DNA from: Callorhinchus milii
Taxonomy: Eukaryota
Length of the DNA: 64,000 nucleotides
Direction: 5' to 3'
Assembly: GCF_018977255.1 (NCBI RefSeq)
Contig: NW_024704743.1
Coordinates: 32,676,001 to 32,740,000 of the forward strand
In this document: positions 38,285-50,189 of the stretch, one piece after another
Layout of the letters: each line of letters opens with the position of its first letter
How positions within the stretch are numbered: position 1 is the stretch's first letter
Notes under the pieces: generated by a model
What the model was told of the DNA's origin: nothing
The model's input: only the letters and a program-made list of their open reading frames with translations
Databases searched by the model: none
Translations under genes and position numbers: made by a program

Positions 38285-38925
38285 GCTGGGCTTCAGACAA
38301 CACTCACTCTAATACATCTGTAATTGAGGGTTGGTTCACCCACCCATCTGTGAAAAGTTTGCATGTTTGTGTAATCAAAGTGTAATAATAATGGTACTTA
38401 TTTGACAAACAAGAATATAATTGATATAATTAGATTTGCTATATCGTGATCAAATCCATTGACTCCCTGGCACCTCCCTACCTATCCGACTTCCTCACTC
38501 CCCAATCCACCACTTGGCGCCTCCGCTCGACTGACACTGGTCTGACTCACTCACTCACTGACTCACTCACTGACTCATTCACTCACTGACTGACTCATTC
38601 ACTCACTGACTGACTCACTCACTGACTCATTCACTCATCCCTTGCACCCTCCGCCCCACCATCAGAGGTCGCGCTTTCAGCCACTAAGCCCCAAAACTTT
38701 GTAACACCCTCTTTCAAGGCCCACCTGAAAACTTTCCGCTTTGACTGCTTACCCCCACCCCCCTGCTCAGAGTCAGGCTCTGCCACTGTTAAGTGCTCTG
38801 AGACCCTATCCTGCGCGGTGGGCGCTATATAAGTGCAAATTGTTGTATATACAACAACATTTATATAGCACCCTTTGTGTAGGGCTCCATCTCTGGGCAT
38901 CTAAATCTTCTGCCCCATATCATGT

Positions 38926-39242
38926 GGAGTCCTGTAGCTCAGTGGTTAGGGCACTCGCTTTGCAAGCGAGAGACCTGAGTTCAATTCCAGGCAGAGGGCG
39001 AAACCTTGGGCAAGTTTCCTTACTCCACACAGAGCCTAACAATAATCCCTCCAAAATGAAAAAAATAATAAATTGGTCATTTTCAATCAACGACTGTTTG
39101 TGGGACATTGCTGTGCGCAATTGGCTGCCGCGTTCGCCCACAAAATATACAGTCAATTCACTTTGTAGTATATTCTATGAAGCGCTTTGAGTCGCCTCAA
39201 AGACTTGATAAAAGTATCATATCAAATGCAAGGAATATTATT
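38926..39242 (+). mobile_element. SINE in RBFA intron 1
   Basis: Full head, core and tail. Confidence 0.88.
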
Positions 39243-39493
39243 TTAACTTTTATTTTTTAGCACAAGAAGCCAGCAAGTCAGGGCCAGATGTCGGGTCCAG
39301 AGTCAATCGATAATTGCAATAATTTTACCTGCGTTCAACTAGCACTGTCCTGTATTTAGTGGCATAAAATCTATAATTCTGGAGTTAAATGAAAATTGAT
39401 GCTTAGGATAATGCTATATTGATGAAAATTACTAAATCGATTGAGTGAATAAATGTATCTTGATTAACACTGTTTCTGATTGTTTATTTTTAG

Positions 39494-39542
39494 ATACAAG
39501 AAGAAGTTTTGGTATGAAAGCCCTGTACTGGGTTCACAGCTG
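39494..39542 (+). CDS. RBFA: RBFA exon 2
   Basis: TTTTAG acceptor; (R)YKKKFWYESPVLGSQL with the RBFA KKKxWYESP motif; donor TG|GTAAGA. Confidence 0.92.
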
Positions 39543-42126
39543 GTAAGAACAAACTTAGTACATAAGAATATAAGAATTGCTAGATGAAAAAAACAAGGTC
39601 CACCCAGTTCTCCTTCCTCCACCCTGGTACATTGCAAGTCCCAAACAATACCATATAATTTCCTAAAAGAAATCTATAATTTGCTTTTGTAAGAGTCAAC
39701 ACTTTTTCCACCATCTCCCTGGAGAGCCTGTTCACATACTTACTACTCGCTCACTGAAATATTGTTTCGGCAGATTTGTTTTTAATTTACTCCCCTTCAA
39801 TCGCTGGCCACGTCCTCGGGTTCTACTATTCTGGACAGATAAAACAGCTTATAATGGTCTATATTAACCAGTCCCTTTAGTACATAGGCAAATTTACTAC
39901 ACCCTTCTTTCTTTTAAAAAAATAGTAGTTTTTCCCTGCAATGGTATTTTTCAGAGGTAGAATGAAAGCTTATTGCAACAAATATAATCCTTGCATTTGT
40001 TATATGGCCTTATTGTGTTGTTGAGATGACACATCAAAGCTCATTACAAGATTTAATGCAAAAAGTGGTGCAATTTGCATTCATTTTGTAGGAGAATGTG
40101 GTAGCAAATTTGCCCACAGCAGTGTTCCACAAATAACCAGGAAGGAACCAATTTTATTGACCAGGAAGTTCATTTTATTTGGCAGATTGTTGGCCAGGAT
40201 GCCGAGAGAAACTCCTTTCCCTTTTGAAATAATACCATGGGATCTTTAACATCCATCTGAATAGGCAGACAGGGCCTCTCATTAACTTCTCATCAAATCT
40301 ACTATATATTCGGGTTGAGTATGGTTTTGATGTTGAACTTGCAATATGTTTATGAAAAGTACAAATATTTAGTCGGGTTTCTCATCAGAATGAATCTGGC
40401 GGCTCTACTGAATCTGCCTGGAGACAATTCAAGTGTTGAGTCCACCAGATAGCAGAACTGGGTTTCAACACAAATACTTTGTAAATCGCCGTTGATTGTT
40501 CATTACTATTTATCATTAGTGATGAGAACAGAACCTTTTAAATGAATTTAATTAGGTAGGATTCTGTATTGTAATTTGGATGTATTTGCAGATTACTAAA
40601 TCTGTTCAATTCAGATTAGTTTCTTACTGTTAGTTTGTCTTTTCCCAAGAGCTCCCCAGTCTTCCCTTACTCTGACAATCTACAAATTTTGAAACCCCAA
40701 CTTGTCTTATCTTTTTTTTGCTAACGTTCAACCTTGAAAACTGTTTAATTGAGCAGTCTGGACATCGGCTCTTCAATTTTTAAGAGAAAATCACATCTAT
40801 TTAGATAAAGTATGTGATTGTTTGAGGTGAAAGTGAGATATGGTGAAAAAATTCAACTCTCAACTTTGTTTTTAGATCACTTTGTGTTTTAATTGTGAGA
40901 TATATTTAATCTTGTGTAGCATTCTGTTAAAATATGGGAGATCGCGTATTTTGGGAGCAATATTATTAAAGATAGCAGATATATACACTCTTTATTCCCT
41001 TCCCTAGAACAAGCTTTGAAATAAAATAGTAACATTACTGCATTATGAATTGTATGTTAAAGTTGAAGTATCTAGAGGATGTTTGAAATTGAGTTATTAA
41101 AACATCAACAGCAACCAACAAATTTACATTTATATAGCTCCTTTCACGTCGGGTGGATGTCACAAGGTGTTTGACAGTGGTGACTTGGCACCTGATCTAG
41201 CGGTGGGTGACAAGGGGGTGGAGAGGGGAAAAATGTCCGAAGGTGCAGTCAAAGAAGAAGGTTTTGAGATGGACCTTGAAAGAAGTGAGGGAGGGAGCGA
41301 GTCGGAGAGATTCTGTAAATAATAATAATCCTTGCATTTGATATAGCACCTTATCACGTCTTCGAGACGTCTCTAAGCGCTTCACAGCATACACTGTAAA
41401 GTGTAGGGACTGTGTGTTTTGTGAGTGAAACACGGCAGTCAATTGCGCACAGCAGTGTCTCACAAACAGTCGCGGTTTGAGTGACCAAATTATTATTACA
41501 ATATTGTAACATTTAGATTATTTCCATTGATGATTAACTGGATGGAGTTTCAGAGAGTGGGGACAGAAAGCCCAGTGTAGGGTGGATAGAGTGGGGAACA
41601 TAAAGCAGGTCAGTGCTTGCTAAGCGAATGGGGTGAACAGGTAGGTAGGGTGTGAGGAGATCGCAGAGGTAGGGTGAGGCTGGAGGGATTTGAAAGTGAG
41701 GACAAGGATCTTGAATTTGATGGAGAGCAAATGGAGCTGGGCGAGAATGGGGGTGATAGGCTCACATAGCCTAATGTGGGAAAGGAAACAAGCTGGAGAG
41801 TTCTGAATGACCTGCAGCTTGTATAGGGAAGAATTGGCTAGTCTGGCGAGCGGAGCGTTTGCTTAGTTAAACCTGGATATGAGGTCTTAGTGGCCTGAAA
41901 TCTGTGCACGTGGCGCGAACTTGTAACCTATCTCAGGGTACCCGATGCTGTAGATAAATTATGGATTTATGAGTACTGTATATCTCACCAAACAAAGTGT
42001 TTCTATGTCGCGTTATCCTGCTTTGTGTATTACTGGTTATTGCACTTTTATAAATGTGCAATATTCACTGTGTTGACCTCCAGTTCTTAATTCCATTAAC
42101 TGTAACAATCTCTTTTTCTTGTCAAG

Positions 42127-42300
42127 CTTTACAAGCCCTCAAGTTTGGAGAATTTATTGAAGCCTCTGCAGAAGACAAAGAAAGATGATACAATACGAAA
42201 ACGAACACTCAATAATGTTTTCCACAAAGCTATTGCGGAACTGTTTAGCACTCATGAGATTAGCCCCGAAGTGTATGACCTCAATGTGGAGATCTCCAAG
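42127..42300 (+). CDS. RBFA: RBFA exon 3
   Basis: Pyrimidine tract + AAG acceptor; LYKPSSLENLL...RTLNNVFHKAIAELFSTHEISPEVYDLNVEISK; donor AAG|GTGGCT. Confidence 0.93.
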
Positions 42301-42643
42301 GTGGCTATTTTTTTTCTTCAAACAAATTATCCTCAATCAAACAGTTCTGTTTTTAAATTCCTTTTAAAATCAAAAGGGGGACAGAAGCTCTATATGGTTG
42401 ATAGAAGTTTGTATTATGAAGTGCCTGGGTCTGGTCATAGCTATTGATGTATGTTTTGGAACCAAAGTAAAAGTTACCCTGAATGGATTGGTGCTGTATG
42501 TTGCAGTGATAGTTCAGAATGTAATAACAGAATGACTGGCTTCTGATCCTGTAATTATGTATGCATTTACCATATTGAAATGAGTTACAGCAGAGTTTGG
42601 GAATTCAGTCTTATTGGAATTGACTAATGTGCCATTATTTCAG

Positions 42644-42756
42644 GTCCTGCTGACTTCGGATTTTTCAGCATGTCGCGTTTACTGGATAACAAGTGGTGTT
42701 GCAGATAAAGATGATCACATTCAGCAAGTCCTAGAAAGAAATGCTGCCCGTATAAG
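42644..42756 (+). CDS. RBFA: RBFA exon 4 (KH-like RbfA domain)
   Basis: TTTCAG acceptor; VLLTSDFSACRVYWITSG...LERNAARI(R); donor AG|GTAAAA, phase 2. Confidence 0.95.
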
Positions 42757-42869
42757 GTAAAATCCAATTGAATGCTACTTGTCGTAACTTGGGCAGTTAA
42801 ACCAATACCTTAACTGGTTAGTTATATTCAATCCAGCATTCATGGCAAGAGAGATTATGAGAATGTTAC

Positions 42870-44490
42870 AACACAACGACAACAACTTGCACTTGTATAG
42901 CACCCTCCATGCAGGGTAGAATCTCAATATAATACAAAATTACATTCCTGAAGCACCTTTCACGTCAGGAGGACATCCCAAGGCGCTGAACAATCAGGGA
43001 TTAGAACCCGTGCGGGGTGGGGTGCTGGGATCAGGAAGGGTGGCGGTCAGAGAGGGTGGCGGTGTGGCCAAAGGCATGGTCGAAGAGGAGGGTTTTGAAG
43101 CATGGTGCTTTGAAGGAGACGAGAGGGAGCGAGGTGAAGGGAATGTGGGATGGAGTTCCAGCGGGTTGGGGCAGAAGGCTGAAGGCCCGACTGCCGATGG
43201 TAGTGTGAGCCAGACGGGGGACATGGAGCAGGCCAAAGCTTGCTGAGCGAAGGGAGCGGACAGGTTGATAAGGGGTTAGCAGGTCGGAGAGGTAGGAGGG
43301 TGAAAGGCCATGGAGGGCCTTGAAGGTGAGGACGAGAATTTTGAACTCGATCCTCGGGGATGGGGAGCCAGTGGAGCCGTGTGAGGGTGGGTGTGATGGG
43401 GTCACGGATCCTGGTACAGGAGAGGACATGCGCTGCAGAGTTCTGGATGATCTACATCCTGTGGAGGGAAGAGTTGGGAAGGCCGATAAGCAGGGCATTG
43501 GCACAGTCGAGGCTGGTTGTAATGAAGAAATGTATGAGAGGTGAGGCAGTGACAGAGTCGGACAATGTTGTGGAGGTGGGGGAAGGCAGTGTGCATCCTT
43601 GGATGCTGATATTTGCTAGTGCCTGAGGAGTAGAGGTGCCGGCGCGAGCCAATCAGGAGGGCCTCGGTATCGCTGACGTTAAACTGTAGAAAGTTGGCTC
43701 TCATCCAGGACTTGATGACTTACAGGCAGTCTGTCAGGACATCTTGTGGTCGAGGGTGGAGGCAGAGAGGTGGAGTTGGGTGTCACGAAGAGGGAGGGAG
43801 CATATATAAGTTGAAGAGGAGGGAACTGAGGCCTGAGGAACACCACACGAGCCATTTATGGAGACAAAGTGCAGCTGATGTGAGAGATATGATCTGAACC
43901 ATTCAAGGACAGAACCTTGAAGGTTAAGGTGAGAGGAGAGGGGGGTGGCGGATAGAGTGGTCCACGGTGTCGAAGATAGCAGAGAGGTTGAGCGGACAGA
44001 GGGAGCTCTGGTCACAGATGGGCAGAACGTCATTTGTCACCTTAACCGGGGCTGTTCCGTGCTGGATGTCCCCGTCGCCTTTATAAACCCCTCCGAAAGG
44101 TGAGGGGGACAAGGGCATTGAGAATGGTGGAGAGGGAATTGTGGAGGAGATTGACCGAGGAGGATAATCGGTGCAGGAGGTAGGGCAGAGTGGGAGGAGT
44201 TCAGACACTCCAGGGCAGTGGAGAGGGAATGTGGGGAGATTCTTTTCCAGGGGCGGTAGGAGATGGAGGTGGATTCGGTGTTGGTGGGGAGAGGGATTGA
44301 GGAGTTAAGGATGATGAAATGGGAAGTGAGATGGCTTTATCTATGTCTAAGACCCTTGAGGTCCTGGGTATTCATCAGGTCGAGTGGGTGGCCATGAACA
44401 TGGGTGGCAGAGTGGATGAGGAGGGAGAGGTCATGAGAGAAGAAGTTGGTGGAGATAGAGGAAGAGGGGATGAAGGTGCAGGTTGAAGTC
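42870..44490 (-). mobile_element. Degraded L2 in RBFA intron 4
   Basis: VTNDVL, NLSAIFDTVDH, NFLQFNVSDTEALLIG, RIEFKILVLTFKALHGL, tail. Confidence 0.82.
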
Positions 44491-46691
44491 GCAAAACACA
44501 GAACACTGACTATATTCTTTCAAAAATAGGCAAGTAACAAATCAAAATGTTACAACTATCATCGTTATGTCACGTCTTAAATCATCACTATATTTTAATT
44601 ATTCAGACACCGATATAATCAGGAATTTTTTCTACTGTATCTTTCCTTTATCTTTGTTTCTTTTCATCTTTCCTCGGGTCTGTTCTGAAGAACATCAACT
44701 ACAACAGCTACTTTTATACCCACTTGGTTGTGTAATCCTTCCTTAAACTCTAACCATCTAACTTATCTCACAAATATAATTTCCTCAATTTTAATCTTTC
44801 ATCCCACAAAATGATTTGATTATAACACTAGTTGTATTTCTAACCACATACTGGTTTGCATTTGTAGAAACACGGACTTTGTTCGATAAGGAAAGGTAGC
44901 TTGGCACTCAATTTTCTCCAATTTATGACCCATTTTGAGATCCTCACACTCGTGTTCAAATCCATTCACTCCCTGGCACCTCCCTACCTCTCCAACCTCC
45001 TCACTCCCCAATCCAATACCTGGCGCCTCGACTGGCACCGTCCTCCTGCTCGTCCCTCGCACTCTCCGCCCCACCATCAGAGTTCATGCTTTCAGCCACT
45101 ATGCCCTAAAACTCTGGAACACTCTCCCTCAATCCCTCCACCTTACCTCCTCTCTCCCCTATTCAAGTCCCGCTTGAAAACTTTCCTCTTCAACCGTGCT
45201 TACGGCCACCTCCCCACTCCCTCCAGCTTGGAGTCAGGCTCCACCATCGTTAAGCGCTCTTGAGACGCCACCCTGCTTGGAGGGCACTATATAAGTGCAA
45301 GTTATTGTTGTAAGGCCACCCTAATACAAACATTCCCTTTCTTCTACCTCTTAACTCCGGGCCTCCAGCCTCTCAGCCCCAGGCTCTGGAACTCCATCCC
45401 CCAGTGCCTTTGCCTTGCTTCCTCCCTTTCCTCCTTCAAGGCCGGTCTCAAGACCCTTCTCTTTGACCGTGCCTTCAGCTCCCCTCTCGACTCTCTACCC
45501 CCCCTCTCTCCCTCCCTTCCCTCCCCTCACCCTGACCATTTCCCCCCAATGCTCGGGTCCTGACCCAACTGTACAGCGCCTTGGGACATCCTCCCGACGT
45601 GAAAGGCGCTCTATAAATGGAATCTTGTTGTTGTTGTTGTTAACCAATACAGGAACTATTTGGTGATATCACTTTTCCTCATTAATGTATCCCAACAAGT
45701 AAGGAAGGGACATGTCACAAACTTATCAATACATTCCTTACATACATTACTTAAAAGTACCAGGCAGGTCAAAGACATTAAAGAGAGGAAAGCGTACCTA
45801 TTCAGGGTAACTTTTACTTTGGTTCCAAACTACTATCAATAGCCATGACCAGACCCAGTCACTTTGTTATCTTGGTTCCTGTGCATTTCCTATCGATACT
45901 TAACTTAGTTTGTGATTTTCACTGCAATTTTAGGTTAAAAATCAAATTTCCCAAGTTTTTGTTTCTCGAGTTCTTCTAAAGAGTAAGCACGTCAGAATTA
46001 AGCCATTCATTGCCAACGGGTCTAAAAAATTCCCTCAGAGATAAATGATTTTACTTTATTTCAACATAATTCACATAATAAAAACACTATTACCCTAATA
46101 AAGCAATTATAGATTATGTAAGGATCAACTTTTACTGTAAAATTGCTCCATAGAACTGACATGCATGTATCAAATGTTAACTCAAAACAAAGGTTATCAT
46201 TTCAATTCAGTGCACCTGGGCAACTGTATTTTGTCCATTTTTTGGTTTATTAACTTCTTTTCAAACTAATACAGTGGAAGCCAGTTAAGTCGGACACATC
46301 GGGGCCAACGGTTTTGTCTGGCTTACTCAGGATTCGAGGTCAACTGAAGTTCCATTACCTTTTTCCGTCCAACAGAGGAGCAGCGCCATCTCCTCCCTCC
46401 CATTGTCCACCAATTCATTCCTAGCAAGGTTACAAAGTTATAAAGTATAATCATTAACCAAATTTCACTTAAAGGTAGAATACTGTACTTCAATTGTTCA
46501 ATGATGTCCATTACAGGCAAAATACATAGTAATACAGCAGTATATGAGTCAACTATACAAGGTTTCACTAATCTACAGCATTAAAGTAATCATAAGTATA
46601 TGTTTTATGCTGGCAACCCTTATCAATAGTATATGTGCATAATTTTTAATCCTTCAATCATTTCATTTTTTTCTTTTCCAAAAACTTCCAG

Positions 46692-46776
46692 GCACCTTCT
46701 CATTACTCATCAAGTCAAGGGCAACATTCCTTCAGTGGTCTTTGTTAGAGACAAGGAATTTGCAATAGTATCTGAG
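46692..46776 (+). CDS. RBFA: RBFA exon 5
   Basis: TTCCAG acceptor; HLLITHQVKGNIPSVVFVRDKEFAIVSE; donor GAG|GTGAGT. Confidence 0.94.
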
Positions 46777-47280
46777 GTGAGTTGAGATCATATACTACTC
46801 TGGTGACCTGCAATGTAAGTTTAAAAAAAACACTACCAATGGCTATTACTTGTGCCCCTTGTGGTCTGTCCTGCAGAAAATGATGATAGATCAGGTTTGC
46901 AGTACATTTATGTAGTGTATAGGTTTGTTGCAAGTGTAAAAACCTAATGAAAATAAAACTATGTCCACTGGTGTGAAAAAATAGTAATAAATTAGTCACT
47001 CATTCCATGACTGTTTATGGGACATTGCTGGGTGCAATTGACTGCCATTTCGCCCACAAAATACACAGTCAATTCACTTTATAGTATATTCTGTGAAGTG
47101 CTTTGAAACATCTTGAAGATGTGATAAGGCGCTATATCAAATGCAGGGATTATTATTAGATTGACAATTGCACTGGAAAATGTTTTGTGATTTGCAAAAT
47201 ATGTGTATAATGCAGCAAATCTACTCGTAAATGCAGACTTTTAAATCATGAAGATTACAAATTACTATTAATCATTGCAG

Positions 47281-47357
47281 GTGGAAAGATTGTTAGAACT
47301 TGCTGACTTTGGCCCTGAAGAAAAGACGCTGGATGTGGAACAAACCCAGGACTTTAG
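47281..47357 (+). CDS. RBFA: RBFA exon 6
   Basis: TTGCAG acceptor; VERLLELADFGPEEKTLDVEQTQDF; donor AG|GTAAAT, phase 2. Confidence 0.93.
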
Positions 47358-48785
47358 GTAAATGTTGATAATGATGTTCACAAGCTATAAATTGTTGACT
47401 GCAAGTGGGCCAATCTTATATCTACTTTAAATAAATTCCTTGAAGTTTAATTATTTATAATTTAAGATTTCGGACACCACGATAATCAAGCTCACAGAGT
47501 CAGGTGGTCCTTCAATAACCTGTTTTATCAAAGAAACCTTTTGTGTCGCGAAGTGCATGAACAGAAAGGTATAATTACCAATCTGGGAAATAGTTCTTAC
47601 CAATGTTCCCTCAAGAGACTGTTTCAACTTTAAGGTTATTCAGTACCAAAACATAAACAACGTTTTTCCTTGATCTTGTCCTTGCTCTTTCCAATCGATC
47701 TCTTTATAATCACGTCACAATAGCCACACTTCTCTTACAGCAGCTATTTTTTGTCAAATGTTGGCCTGGGCCTAATCTCAGGCTATGTTCCACTTAACAG
47801 AACAAGGACTACAGTTAGATTTTTGAGACTGGTACTACACACTCATACAAGTAAATACCAAAGATCCCCAAGGTCAATATTTCTCTTCTATATAAACACA
47901 TCAGTAAAAACAAGAACATGAGATAAGGGAGCTCAATTTTCTTCGTTCATGACCCCATGTTGTCTACCCTGACTGAGCAGGTTTGGGCAGTTTTTCACTG
48001 TGTCTAAACTGAGAGCAATCTTGGATTTATGGAGGGGGAAAGAATTCAAGCTTTGTCCTGCTTCTCAAAAACACCATTGTGTTGTTGATCGGAGTGTTCT
48101 TGACATTGAATGTGAAGGATGTAGATAATCCTGATGAAATGTGACGCCCCTAAAGTGGAAGAGGAGACCAGGAACACATGAATCTTACATTAATTCTGTA
48201 TTTGTTACTTCTCCTGTGTGTCTTTGTGTAAATCAATTTCATTTTCTGTGCAATCCTATATGTTAATTAGGCTACAGCAAGAGAACAATTAATAGAATTT
48301 ATAAAAGTGAAAAACTTAAAAGTGTTTTAAAACAAACCACTGCGGAATGTATTTAGTATCGGGACTTTGAACTCACATAGTCTATGCTGACACAACAATG
48401 CAGTGCTGGAGGTATGATGCATTGCTGCAGGTGCTGCCGTCCAGATGAGGCATTAAATCGAACTTCTGTCTATGCCTGTTCTGGTCCGGGCCAACAGTCT
48501 CCCAGACAAAATTCTGTATTCACTTCATGGCTATTTGTGGGACATTGCTGTGCACAACTTAGTTCCTGCATTCACCTACAAAAATTGACGGAGTAACTAT
48601 ACAGTATTTTTACAGTAAAATGTTTTAAAGCTACTTGAAACTTCCTATCGACGTGAAATGTACTATATCAAATGCAAGGATTATCATTATTATAATATGT
48701 GTATTTGGCTGAAAAATATCTGTTCTCCAAACATTTTCATTTTCTCCAGATCATAATGTCTGCTTTTACATTTTTTAAATTTCAG

Positions 48786-49203
48786 TGAGGTTGCTCCAAA
48801 CAGTTCCTCAGAGTGTATAGTTTCTCCAGCATCTACTGCAGTCTTGTCTGACCTGCCTCCAACTCATAACATTAATCTTTTTGGTATCGACCATGATTTA
48901 CTTAACAAGCAAATACTTGACTACAAAAAGAGGAGCAGTGAAAAATTGTTTGAAACAAAAACCTTTGCATTGGCAGAACAGCAGCAAGAACAACTAGCTC
49001 TTCTTAGAAAACTGAAGAGAATCAAGAAGAAAAAGACAAAATATGGATTTGATGATGACATTACACCTGAAAGATTCTTGTCAGAAAAATATAATGCAGA
49101 AACTAGAACACGTGATGTGTTTTCAGACGGCGAAAAGGAACTAAAAGGGATTGATGAGGAAATCAATGAGCTGGAAACAGATGATGAAGAGGATCGAAAA
49201 TAA
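48786..49203 (+). CDS. RBFA: RBFA exon 7 (terminal coding exon)
   Basis: TTTCAG acceptor; ...NLFGIDHDLLNKQILDYKKR... acidic tail, TAA; total spliced frame 353 aa. Confidence 0.93.
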
Positions 49204-49233
49204 ACTAAAATCTATAGAAAAATGTACTAAATG

Positions 49234-49239
49234 AATAAA
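49234..49239 (+). terminator. Candidate RBFA polyadenylation signal
   Basis: AATAAA 30 nt after the stop codon. Confidence 0.55.
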
Positions 49240-50189
49240 GTTGTAAAGCAATACTTATACATGAAATTTAGAATTGATATTTATGTTTATTGCTATGAAC
49301 TAAAGACAATTATTGCCTATAATCCTTCACCTGCCCAACAGTGATTTTCCTAATTCAAACATATTTTAATACTTCTAAATATATATATACATGAATACAT
49401 AACCTAAATGTTATGTTAACTTTGGAAAGATGACATTTTGGAGTTAGCTTACAGAAGTTGTGTTTCAGTATATTTCAATATGAGATAGTAGAGTGAAGAT
49501 TCATACCCATGATTATTTAGAATCATAGAATCTTACAGCACAGAAGGAGGCCACTTGGCCCATCGTGCCTCTTTGAAAGCTATCCAATTAGTCCCACTCC
49601 CCCGCTCTTTCACCATAGCCTTGCAAACATTTCCTTTTCAGGTATACGTCCAATTCCCTAAAGAAAATTATTATTGAATCTGCTTCAAGCACGCTTTCAG
49701 GCAGTGCATTCCAGATCGTAGCAACTTGCTGCACAAAAACATTTCTCCTCATCTCTCTCTGGTTCTTTTGCCAATTATTTTAAATCTATGTCCTCTGGTT
49801 ACCAACCCACCCACCAGTAGAAAGAGTTCCATTTTTAGTTTAGTCCTGATCTCAATTGAACTGCTGTGAGAGAGAGAAGTTTTTTTAAATTTTGCTTTCA
49901 ATTACCTTTCTGTTTTCTATAATTTACTGCCTTATTTTGGTCAAAATTGATCTTTCAAAAATAACATTGGCAGTAAGTTACACTTATTAGCGAAAATATC
50001 CTGGTATTTCTTGGGACCTGGTGCATTTAATGGGTATGGCTACTTAGGAGTAGCCTGGATGTCAGTACAAAAGCACCAAACCCCATTTCCATGGCTTGCC
50101 CCCCCTCTGAAACATTTGGTGCTAATGCATATGCAGCAATGTACAACCTGTATTGAACTTTCCTATGGCCAGGTGAATGATTGGCTTAC

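Noticed and set aside
38926..41490. Inverted SINE pair flanking RBFA exon 2 as a circRNA driver
   Set aside because: Expected by chance at this SINE density and the exon is only 49 nt
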